Source of the DNA: Pyrobaculum aerophilum str. IM2
Lineage (GTDB): Archaea; Thermoproteota; Thermoprotei; Thermoproteales; Thermoproteaceae
Assembly: GCF_000007225.1 (NCBI RefSeq)
Contig: NC_003364.1
Span: 210,001-242,000, forward strand
DNA: 32,000 nucleotides
Direction of reading: 5' to 3'
Part shown: positions 16,101 to 23,900 of the stretch, one piece after another
How the letters are laid out: each line of letters begins with the position of its first letter
Numbering within the stretch: the first letter of the stretch is position 1
Notes under the pieces: generated by a model
The model's input: the letters and a program-made list of their open reading frames with translations, nothing else
Databases searched by the model: none
What the model was told of the DNA's origin: nothing
Translations under genes and position numbers: made by a program

Positions 16101-16648
16101 ATGTATAGTGCAGATCCTAATATGCATATAATAGACCAAGCCGTGGAGTGCCTGGCTCGGTATGACAAGAATCACAAAGAGTTTTACGAGAAAAACCGAG
16201 ATAGAATTGAGACATTCATTAAGGACTTGGGCATTTTAAATTTCATATGCACAGAAGAGATTCGCCGGCCTAAGACCCAGAGCCGACTTCTATATACGTC
16301 CAGAGAGCCGCCACGTGCTTCTCGAGGCAAAGCTATGTGTGAAGTCCGGCGCCACTGCGGGCAGATCCCTAATCCAGAAAATAACCTCAACTAATCTTGC
16401 AAACTATTTCAGAGAAGCCCGACATCTTTGATATCTTCGTCGTAATCCCGCGAGAAGTTACGCCAGTTGCGTTGGAGAAGTTACGCAAAAGTATTCAACA
16501 CGAGGTTGACGCCGTTTTGCGTGAAGTAGGCACGCCCAGAGAATTGAAATGGATTATTAAGCTCGACGTAAAGATCCCCCATTTCTCTCTCAATATGCCA
16601 CTAAGACTAGATGTAGGAGGACGCGCTATAACAATAAACATAAGATAA
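16101..16648 (+). pseudogene. Possible PD-(D/E)XK-like gene split over three frames (tentative)
   Basis: The track ORFs 16101..16394 and 16397..16648 are bridged by an unlisted open frame at 16240-16431 that reads FAGLRPRADFYIRPESRHVLLEAKL, a D...E.K nuclease-like motif. The region has lower GC. Confidence 0.3.
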
Positions 16649-16650
16649 TT

Positions 16651-16935
16651 ATGTTAATAGCTAAGCTCTTTAGGCCGCGGGCAGGGCTAAGGTCAAGGAG
16701 CGCCAGGAGAGTCGCTCTTTACTTAGGGCTAGGCTCGGTAATTGCAATTAGTAAAGTGGGAAAGGTAGAAGGCATCAAGGCCTGCGTCTGGCGCAGACAT
16801 CCCGCCGTATTGTATATTGGAAAGTGCAGAGAGGTAGAGGTGGCAATCCCCGACGCGCTTGACGAAGCAGACAACCTCGTGGAGGCTTTAGCCAAGGAAA
16901 TAGACAAAGAGCCCCTCAACCTCCCCGCGGCGTAA
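16651..16935 (+). CDS. Hypothetical protein (94 aa)
   Basis: Support is the ORF alone. I recognised no family. Confidence 0.3.
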   Translation: MLIAKLFRPRAGLRSRSARRVALYLGLGSVIAISKVGKVEGIKACVWRRHPAVLYIGKCREVEVAIPDALDEADNLVEALAKEIDKEPLNLPAA

Positions 16936-16952
16936 CCCTCAGCCTGGAGGCC

Positions 16953-17647
16953 GTGCTGGGGCCTGCCGAGCTAGGCGTTAACATAGACATATATTCGGAC
17001 GAAAAAGTGCCGAGGGCGCTGGGAATAACCGCCGAGCTGGCAGCGGTGTTAGCAGAGCCAAGGGGTATATCGGCGACGAGCCTATAGACAGCTTCTACGG
17101 GCTAGTTGCGTCGGAAATGGCTGCTGAGACTCTGCGCCAGCTGGCGAGAGAGCTCTACAGACAAGCCGCGGCTACGTACGTCAAAGTGGCCACCTACACC
17201 GGCGTGAGGCAATACGCCCTCACCGACCTAATTGCCTGGATAAAAGCCTCGAGGAACTACGCGCTCGACCTCCCAAACGCCATACCCCTATACTACAACC
17301 CGTGGCTCCGGCAAGTCGCGAAAGATCTCTACGCCCTAGCCCCCGAGGGATACAAGAGGCTGGCAGGAGCTGCAGGCTTGAGGAAGGCGCTTAGAGAGGC
17401 GCGCTCCGCCATTAAGGAGCACTTCAAGAAGAGCAACGAAGTGGAGGTAAAGCCCAGCCGCGTAGGAGAGCTGATGTTGCTCTACCCCAAGAGAGCATCG
17501 CCGCCGTGGAGGCGCTTAGAGAGGCCTTGGCCCGCGCCTTCAAATACGCCTCAGGCGACGCCGCAAGAGAGGCGTTAGAGCACAAGGGACGACTATATAA
17601 AGGCGCTTGGCTATGCGCTAAGGCGAGAGCTCACTAAAAGCACTTGA
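16953..17647 (+). pseudogene. Helical hypothetical protein gene with two or three frameshifts
   Basis: Sensible sequence continues across frames. VLGPAELGVNIDIYSDEKVPRALGITAELAAVLAEP shifts at the G4 run (17062-17065) to GYIGDEPIDSFYGLVASEMAAETLRQ. A shift at the C4 run (17485-17488) then leads to ESIAAVEALREALARAFKYASGDAAREALEHK, possibly followed by DDYIKALGYALRRELTKST*. Confidence 0.4.
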
Positions 17648-17848
17648 CGGCCCCCAGGAGAACGCAGTAGCGAATATGCGGCGAGGACTTGGAAACAGCT
17701 CAACGCCGGGGGGATTAAATCGTGGGCAAATACAAAGGCGAAAATGGGGAATAACGTCAACCTGGCCCAAAACCAGACGCGGCCAAAAATCTTACACAAC
17801 GACGTGAAGAGACAAGACAACTGGCGTTGGCAAGGCCGGGGAAAAGGC

Positions 17849-17857
17849 ATAAAAACC
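17849..17857 (+). promoter_or_regulatory. TATA-like ATAAAAACC, 26 nt upstream of GTG 17875
   Basis: The box is conserved with TATAAAACC at 20075-20083 at the same spacing from the paralogous start. Confidence 0.5.
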
Positions 17858-18002
17858 AGCGCCTAGGCCAAGACGTGGAAATACTGGAAAGGCCGCTTCC
17901 CAAGCCCTCCAGCGTGGATTACGCCTCTGCCCGCGTTTTAGAGGCTCTCGTGGAGGGGCGTCTGGCCGTGGAGTTTCTTGAAAGAGGCCTAGTGAGAAAC
18001 GC
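17852..18002 (+). repeat. 151-bp tract identical to 20078-20228 (promoter plus the first 128 nt of the HEPN-like gene)
   Basis: A base-by-base comparison shows identity at a constant offset of 2226 bp. Confidence 0.9.
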
Positions 18003-18441
18003 CGCTGGTAAGGCTCTTCAAGCTTGGAGGGCTCTGCTGGCGGCTTTGCTGAGGCTGGAGCTGGACAAGTTGATGAAAGTGGCGAATACCGACGAGGAGA
18101 GGAAGTGGCTTGCGGAGAGGGCAGTGCCGAGAGTGCCCACCACTAAAATGAAATTCCTATCGCAGATGCTAGGAGAAATAGGCTATGAAGGGCTGATTTT
18201 TGCAACGAGTACAGCATTAGATCTCCACGACTACCAATACCACGGCCCAGATCCCGACATGGTCCTCTCAAAATATAGGAGCAAGGAAGAGGCCGCCTAC
18301 GACGTTCTAGAACTTGTCGCGGAGATTGTCAAGAGAGTCGAGGGGCTAAAGGGGAGAGTCAAGTGGAGCGGCGAGTTGGAGAGAGCGCTGGAGGAGCTCA
18401 GAGAGAGGCTGAACCAGAGCCGCTCCCCAAGGGGCAATTAA
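17875..18441 (+). CDS. HEPN-like helical protein (PaREP family; paREP2a-type), solo copy
   Basis: It is paralogous to 20101..20646, with an identical N-terminal ~43 aa. Shared segments are RNAAGKA.QAWRALLAALL and LDLHDYQYHGPDPD. I set the start at GTG 17875 by alignment and TATA spacing; the ORF track starts it at 17827. Confidence 0.7.
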   Translation: MEILERPLPKPSSVDYASARVLEALVEGRLAVEFLERGLVRNAAGKALQAWRALLAALLRLELDKLMKVANTDEERKWLAERAVPRVPTTKMKFLSQMLGEIGYEGLIFATSTALDLHDYQYHGPDPDMVLSKYRSKEEAAYDVLELVAEIVKRVEGLKGRVKWSGELERALEELRERLNQSRSPRGN

Positions 18442-18787
18442 CCTCTGTGGAATGGAGGGCGAAACTCTCACCAAGGTGAAGCGGCTAATTGAGAGCGGAA
18501 AAGAGGGGCGGAATTCAGCCCCCCAGGTAAATAGCTGAGATCACGCTGTTGGAGGGCGTTTTGCGCGTCAGATTCGCCTGCCCCGAGGGCCCCAATACCG
18601 ACGTGGAGCCGCCGCCTCTGAAAACCCCAACCTTCCCATTTAGAGACGTAAAGACGGGCCTAGAGACAGTAGACGTGGAAGAGCTTAAAGAGTCGGCCGA
18701 GTGTGCGAAAAGCGACGCCCCAAACCCAGGCGCGTTGAGGAAATGAGAGGGGCGTCGCGCCCCGCCGGGGGGCTCGGCCGCTAGGCC

Positions 18788-19885
18788 ATGTTCTTCGAGC
18801 TGGGGCTGGCCCTAGCCGCGTTACACTTCGGCGTTCCCCTGGGGTACTACGCAGTCGCCAAGAGGTGGCTGAGGAAGGACTGGGGCATAAAAGAAGACGG
18901 GGGCTACCGGCCGAAAATCAGCGTGATAATACCGACGTATAACGAGGCGGAGCACATAGCCCAGAGGCTGGAGAACGTGGCCCAGAGCTACCCCAGGGAC
19001 AAGCTGGAGGTCGTCGTAGTCGACGGCGCGTCGACAGACGGCACGGCGGAAATCGCCGAGAAGTGGGCGGAGAAAGCCGGAGTCGACGTGAAAGTGGTGA
19101 GGGAGGAGCGTAGGGAGGGCAAGGCCAAGTCCCTGAACCGAGCGCTGGGGCTGGCGACTGGCGAGGTGGTGGTGATAGCAGACGCCGACGCCCTGTGGGC
19201 CCCAGACGCCTTGAGAAGGGCCGTGGCAAAGCTGGCAGATCCCTCAGTGGGAGCCGTGTCTTGCGTCAAGAGGCCCATCGGCGGGCCGGGGATAGAAGAG
19301 GGATACCGCGGCTTTTACAACGCGCTGAGGGTGGCGGAGAGCAAGGCGTGGTCTACGCCAATATTCCACGGAGAGCTGGCCGCGTTTAAGAGGGAGGCGC
19401 TGGAGGCTGTGGGCGGGTTCCCTACAGACATCGGCGCAGACGACAGCCACACGGCCACGCTCATCGCGTTGAGAGGGCTGAGGGCAATTGTGGCCGACGA
19501 CGTCCTCTGCGTGGAGACAGTGCCCGAGGAGGGCTACCACGCCTGGAGAATAAGGCGGGCCCAGCACTTAATACAACACTTCGCCAAGGCGGTCCCCCTA
19601 CTGCGCAAGGCCCCGCGGCCCTTCAGAGCCGTGCTTGCGGCCGAGGCGTATTTGCACTTGGTCAACCCCTGGATGTTCGCCGGCGCGGTCGCCGCGCTGA
19701 CGGTCTCCGCGGCCGCGGGCTCTTGGCCCGCCCTCGCGGCCCTCGCGCTCGGCGTCGCGCTACTCGCCTACAAGCCCTACAAGACGTGGGCAACCGCCCA
19801 GGCGTACCTGATGGCCGCCGCCGTCAAAAACCTCAGGACAAAAGAACTGGTGTGGGAAAAGCAGAAGAAAAATACGAAACAATGA
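18788..19885 (+). CDS. Membrane-bound family 2 glycosyltransferase
   Basis: An N-terminal TM helix is followed by ISVIIPTYNEAEHI, VVVDGASTDGT and VVVIADADALW (DxD). Hydrophobic helices lie at the C-terminus. Confidence 0.85.
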   Translation: MFFELGLALAALHFGVPLGYYAVAKRWLRKDWGIKEDGGYRPKISVIIPTYNEAEHIAQRLENVAQSYPRDKLEVVVVDGASTDGTAEIAEKWAEKAGVDVKVVREERREGKAKSLNRALGLATGEVVVIADADALWAPDALRRAVAKLADPSVGAVSCVKRPIGGPGIEEGYRGFYNALRVAESKAWSTPIFHGELAAFKREALEAVGGFPTDIGADDSHTATLIALRGLRAIVADDVLCVETVPEEGYHAWRIRRAQHLIQHFAKAVPLLRKAPRPFRAVLAAEAYLHLVNPWMFAGAVAALTVSAAAGSWPALAALALGVALLAYKPYKTWATAQAYLMAAAVKNLRTKELVWEKQKKNTKQ

Positions 19886-20079
19886 ATAAGCGCGCATACT
19901 ACGACCGAGCGGACGCCCCCTACTTGTTAAAAGAAGACCAGGCTGGGGACGCCATAGAGGCCGGCGAAGATATATTCGTCAAGCTGGACGAGAAGGGGGT
20001 CGTAGGCGTTGAGATCTGGCGCGCGTCAGATCTACTGGAGCCAACAACGGCGTTGAAACCCACTACGGCAAAGATATAA
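19882..20079 (+). CDS. DUF2283-family small protein (antitoxin-like), orphan copy (65 aa)
   Basis: The sequence AYYDRADAPYLL...IEAGEDIFVKLDEKGVVGVEIWRASDLL matches the DUF2283 pattern (YD.eaD.lyi ... D..G.ivGiEi..as). ATG 19882 overlaps the GT2 stop as ATGA. The track ORF 19723..20079 carries an N-terminal extension that I do not accept. Confidence 0.65.
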   Translation: MNKRAYYDRADAPYLLKEDQAGDAIEAGEDIFVKLDEKGVVGVEIWRASDLLEPTTALKPTTAKI

Positions 20080-20083
20080 AACC
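20075..20083 (+). promoter_or_regulatory. TATA-like TATAAAACC, 26 nt upstream of GTG 20101
   Basis: The box is conserved with the one at 17849-17857. Confidence 0.5.
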
Positions 20084-20228
20084 AGCGCCTAGGCCAAGAC
20101 GTGGAAATACTGGAAAGGCCGCTTCCCAAGCCCTCCAGCGTGGATTACGCCTCTGCCCGCGTTTTAGAGGCTCTCGTGGAGGGGCGTCTGGCCGTGGAGT
20201 TTCTTGAAAGAGGCCTAGTGAGAAACGC
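20078..20228 (+). repeat. 151-bp tract identical to 17852-18002
   Basis: This is the partner of the tract described at 17852-18002. Confidence 0.9.
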
Positions 20229-20646
20229 GGCGGGCAAGGCCTTTCAGGCTTGGAGGGCTCTGCTGGCGGCTTTGCTGAGGCTGGAGCTGGACAAGTTGAT
20301 GAATATCGCCAAGACTGAAGAAGAAAGGCGCTGGCTTGCGGAGAGGGCAGTGCCGAGAGTGCCCACCACTAAAATGGTGTCTCTATCGTACATGCTGGAA
20401 GAGGCTGGCCACTGGGGGCTATCCGCGTGGACCGCCTTGGCGTTAGATCTCCACGACTACCAATACCACGGCCCAGATCCCGACATGGCCCTTTCAAAAT
20501 ATAGGAGCAAGGAAGAGGCCGCCCAGGCTGTTTTAAAGCTAGTCACAGAAATAGCCAAAAGGGCCGAGGGGCTGAGGGGGAGGGTTAAGTGGGGCAACGA
20601 GCTTGAGAAAGCCCTCGGCGGGCTCAGGGAAAAACTCGGCGCGTGA
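20101..20646 (+). CDS. HEPN-like helical protein (PaREP family; paREP2a-type), intact and coupled to an ATPase
   Basis: This 181-aa protein has its own TATA box. Its stop TGA (20644-20646) overlaps GTG 20643 of the ATPase. Confidence 0.75.
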   Translation: MEILERPLPKPSSVDYASARVLEALVEGRLAVEFLERGLVRNAAGKAFQAWRALLAALLRLELDKLMNIAKTEEERRWLAERAVPRVPTTKMVSLSYMLEEAGHWGLSAWTALALDLHDYQYHGPDPDMALSKYRSKEEAAQAVLKLVTEIAKRAEGLRGRVKWGNELEKALGGLREKLGA

Positions 20647-21641
20647 AGAGGATACGGCTCCCCCTAGTTCCTGGCGTCGTGGTGGAGTTCGCCGATAGAG
20701 AACTGGCGTTGAAAAAAGTGGAGGAGTGGGCCCGGGGCGGGACTGCTGCTGTGCAGTTGGTGTTCGGCCCCGAGGGTTGCGGCAAGACAGCATGGCTGAG
20801 ACAATCGGCGGAGGTTCTGAGGGAGTTGGGTTTTGACGTAATTTACGTAAACCCTCTGGAGAGGGATTACCTGGCGTATATAGATCTCAAGGAGGTGGCG
20901 AGGAGACTGGCTGAGCATAGCGGCATAGCGGAAGTGAAGCTAGCCGACTTGGCAATACAGCTGGCCAAGTACGCCATTAAGAAGAGGAAGAGGAAAATGG
21001 CAGTGTTGGCCGACGATGTTTTTCAAGCAATTGGCGTCGACAAAGCTGCCTCTTACGTCAAGTGGATGCTCAGCGTAATTGAATACCCGCCGGGGGAGTA
21101 TGAAAACATAGTGGCAGTTGTGGCCACAAGCGAGGGGGTGACCAGGAGGGAGATAGGAGGGCATAGGTGGGCTAGCCCAAGGCCGATGTGGAATATGGCG
21201 AGGGAGGGCTTTAAACAGCTATACGAGCAGATACCGGGCGAAAAGCCGCCGTTTGAAGAGGCGTGGAGACTTACAGGGGGAAACCCCAAATTGTTAGGAG
21301 AGCTGTACGGGGCAAAGTGGGACGTCGACAAGGTGTTGAAAGAGCTGGCGGACAGAAAGAGGATAAACGCTTTCGTTGCAACGCTGGGCGAGGAGGAGAG
21401 GGAGCTCTTAAGGCGCGCCCTCGACGATCCCGATGTCCTATTCACTAAGGAGGGGATTCCGCTGATGGACAGGCTAGTAGATATGAACCTAATAGTGGAC
21501 ACTCTGCCGGAGCGCGACTCCTGGTTCTGGGCAGGTGAGCCTCCGCCCAAGAGAGACGTGGAGCTGGGGATCGGCCGACGAGTCGCCTGGCAGACGCCGC
21601 TCCACCGGGAGGCCGTAAGAAGAGCTTTGGAGAGCACATAA
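20643..21641 (+). CDS. P-loop NTPase, archaeal ATPase (paREP2b-type) copy 3
   Basis: It has EFADRELALKKVEEWA, Walker A GPEGCGKT, Walker B-like MAVLADDVFQ, and the conserved C-terminus WAGEPPP..D.ELGIGRRVAWQTPLHREAVRRAL. Confidence 0.8.
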   Translation: MKRIRLPLVPGVVVEFADRELALKKVEEWARGGTAAVQLVFGPEGCGKTAWLRQSAEVLRELGFDVIYVNPLERDYLAYIDLKEVARRLAEHSGIAEVKLADLAIQLAKYAIKKRKRKMAVLADDVFQAIGVDKAASYVKWMLSVIEYPPGEYENIVAVVATSEGVTRREIGGHRWASPRPMWNMAREGFKQLYEQIPGEKPPFEEAWRLTGGNPKLLGELYGAKWDVDKVLKELADRKRINAFVATLGEEERELLRRALDDPDVLFTKEGIPLMDRLVDMNLIVDTLPERDSWFWAGEPPPKRDVELGIGRRVAWQTPLHREAVRRALEST

Positions 21642-22058
21642 CGGCGTTGCATACCTTCAGCGCGCCGAGATTTAGCCGGAGAGCGTAGCCCACCTCCCTA
21701 TGGGACTGCGTAAGGGTACATGCTGATAGCTGTTCTCATAGCCGTGGCCAACACAGCCGTGGAGCCCGGCCTACAGCAGATGAACACGCAAAGGAGGTAC
21801 AAAACAGCGAATATTGCGGCCGATATATGCACGCCTTACGCTGGCCTAGCGCCCTCTCTGGCAAGACTTAAGCGTAAGCCATCGCGCTCTGAAACATCAA
21901 CCCAAACCAAGGCAGTGGAACTTCCGTCCGCATAAGGCAGTTGGGTGTGCCTGAGGTATCTAGCTTCCCCTCAACAGAGGAACTCTCAAGCTATCCAATA
22001 ACGACATCGCAGTTCCCGCCACGCTGAGCTTCACGCCGCACAGAAAGCAGAGGTTTTG

Positions 22059-22344
22059 ATGAAAGTAGAATATATAAAACACGCGGGGCTAAGGCTTCGC
22101 ATTCGAGATATAGGCGCGGAGGAGGTAGAGCATGTTCTCCAAAGGCCGCAAAAATATATTACGACGTGTTAACACGTACATGGTAGCCATTGGGCCAAGA
22201 CTTAGGAGACAAGGCCGCTGGCTTCTCGTAGTCTACACTAGAGAAGGCGACATCTACCGCGTAGTTACAGTAATCGACGCTAAAAACCCCGACCACGTAG
22301 CTAAAAGACGAGAGGAAAAAGGCAGGTGGGTGAGGGTATGGTGA
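22059..22344 (+). pseudogene. DUF4258-like toxin gene split by a +1 frameshift at an A5 run
   Basis: From ATG 22059 the frame reads MKVEYIKHAGLRLRIRDIGAEEVEHVLQRPQK and stops at 22170-22172. The track ORF 22132..22344 supplies the rest in the +1 frame: ...MVAIGPRLRRQGRWLLVVYTREGDIYRVVTVID... The junction is the A5 run at 22150-22154. Confidence 0.55.
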
Positions 22345-22556
22345 GGCGCGTGCAGTACGACCCAGAAGCCGACATCCTCTACATACTTCTGAGGGAAGGC
22401 CCCGTGGAGGACACGATAGAGGCCGGCGAGGACGTGTTCATCGAGCTGGACGAAAAGGGGGAGGTAATAGGTATAGAGATATGGCGCGCGTCGAACGTGC
22501 TTGAGTCTATAACGCAGACAATAGCGGCGAGAATAAGACAAGAGCTAGCGCGGTGA
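22338..22556 (+). CDS. DUF2283-family antitoxin-like protein (72 aa from the ATG at 22338)
   Basis: The sequence VQYDPEADILYILLREGPVEDTIEAGEDVFIELDEKGEVIGIEIWRASNVL is a strong DUF2283 pattern. The gene overlaps the end of the upstream DUF4258-like gene by 7 nt. Confidence 0.7.
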   Translation: MVRRVQYDPEADILYILLREGPVEDTIEAGEDVFIELDEKGEVIGIEIWRASNVLESITQTIAARIRQELAR

Positions 22557-22900
22557 GGGGCCGCATTATTTTTCACTACGTTTCTAGCCGCTACTTCTAC
22601 GATTCCAAGCTTCTCGAGGGCGGCATTTACGCTCTGGTCCTTTTGGACTGCAACGCCCGCCAGGCGTTGGCTTGATATCGCCGAGGTGGCGCGGGGGCTG
22701 GGGATGCCTATATTCGCCGCCTGGACGGGGGAAAACGACGCGACGCTTGAAGAGGCTGGGGGCCTACGTAGGGAGAGCCCTCGCGAAAATGGGCGCGTTC
22801 CTAAGGACTAAGGGATCTGTTGGCGCGTTAAAGGCGCTCAGAGAGGGGCGGAGCTGATGCACTACGTGAAGGCGGGAGTCCTCACGCCGCGTAGACGGCT

Positions 22901-23893
22901 ATGCGTATTTTGATGATCTCGCCTACATACTACCCCCACGTGGGCGGCGTGGAGTACGTAGTCAAGGCTGTGGCCGAGAGGCTGGCCAAGCTGGGGCACG
23001 AGGTGACGGTTCTGGCAGGGGAGCCAGCCGCTGAGAGGCCGCGGGAAGAGGAGATAAAAGGAGTTAGGGTGGTGAGGTGGCCCACTTGGAGCCCGGGCGG
23101 GGCCTACCACTTGCCGAGAAGGCGGAGCGAGTTAAAAGAGGCCGCAAGGCAGATGGCCTCTGAGTCTGACGTTGCGTACATCCACAGCGCCCACGCCGTC
23201 TTTACTGTATACGCAGGCCTCGCCGCCGCCGGGAGGACAAGGGCCATCTTCACGCCCCACTACCACGGCGGGGGGCATACGCCCTTGAGAAAGGCGCTCT
23301 GGCTTTTCTGGCGCCGCGCAGTGGGCAAGCTGGTAAAGACGGCAGACGCAGTGCACGCAGTCAGCAGGGCGGAGGCCAGGAGGGTCGCGACCCACTACCC
23401 CGAGGCATCGGCGAAGATAAAAGTGGTGCCAAACGGCGTGGAGGAAGACGTCCTCCGCCGCAGGTGGGCCGGGCGTGAGAGCGACTACGCCGTATACGCG
23501 GGGAGGCTTGAGAGGTATAAGAGAGTGGACAGGGCCATGGAGCTTGCTAATAGACTGGGCTTGAGGCTACTCGTTATCGGCGACGGCCCCGATAAGCCGC
23601 GCCTGGAGAAAATCGCCGCTAAATACGGCGCCGAGATTAGGGGCTTCCTCCCCCGCGAGGAGTACTTAAGCGCAGTCGCCGGCGCTAGATATGCGATAAA
23701 CCTCAGCGAGGCCGAGGCGTACAGCGTGTTTATAGCGGAGGCGCTGGCCATGGGCGTCCCCTCAATTGTCAGCAGGGCCATCGCGGAGAACCTAGAGGCC
23801 CAAGGCGAGGCGGTGGCTGAAGGGGTATATTTAGTCAGAAAAGCCGAGATAAAGACGTGGGACGAAGTAGTGGGAGAGCTTTTGAGGCTTTAA
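22901..23893 (+). CDS. Family 4 (GT-B) glycosyltransferase
   Basis: The N-terminus MRILMISPTYYPHVGGVEYVV is typical. The C-terminal half contains GDGP..., and EAYSVFIAEALAMGVPSI resembles the E-x7-E region. Confidence 0.85.
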   Translation: MRILMISPTYYPHVGGVEYVVKAVAERLAKLGHEVTVLAGEPAAERPREEEIKGVRVVRWPTWSPGGAYHLPRRRSELKEAARQMASESDVAYIHSAHAVFTVYAGLAAAGRTRAIFTPHYHGGGHTPLRKALWLFWRRAVGKLVKTADAVHAVSRAEARRVATHYPEASAKIKVVPNGVEEDVLRRRWAGRESDYAVYAGRLERYKRVDRAMELANRLGLRLLVIGDGPDKPRLEKIAAKYGAEIRGFLPREEYLSAVAGARYAINLSEAEAYSVFIAEALAMGVPSIVSRAIAENLEAQGEAVAEGVYLVRKAEIKTWDEVVGELLRL

Positions 23894-23900
23894 CGCGGCC

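Noticed and set aside
18442-18787. Small ORFs (a 28-aa ORF ending at 18538, and 18549..18746) between the solo HEPN-like gene and the GT2
   Set aside because: I saw no recognisable motifs, promoter spacing or paralogs. There is not enough evidence to call a gene.
19723-20079. 118-aa form of the DUF2283 ORF; similar long forms occur at 14359 and 17827
   Set aside because: The N-terminal extensions overlap upstream genes or lack similarity to paralogs. Paralog alignment and TATA spacing support the shorter starts at 19882, 14428 and 17875.
12995-21641. Repeated sequences as a possible CRISPR array or tandem repeat
   Set aside because: The repeats are kilobase-scale protein-coding paralogs with irregular spacing. 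No short repeat-spacer periodicity is present anywhere in the window.
21053-21652. 199-aa serine-rich minus-strand ORF, with similar ORFs at 14628..15080, 13582..13863 and 12498..12947
   Set aside because: These are antisense shadows of the ATPase and MNT genes. They recur only because the sense genes are paralogs.
22557-22860. Fragments resembling a helix-turn-helix protein (LDIAEVARGLGMP, and ...LKRLGAYVGRALAKMGAFLR in another frame)
   Set aside because: The sense is split over at least three frames with no identifiable start. It is probably another decayed gene, but support is too weak to annotate.
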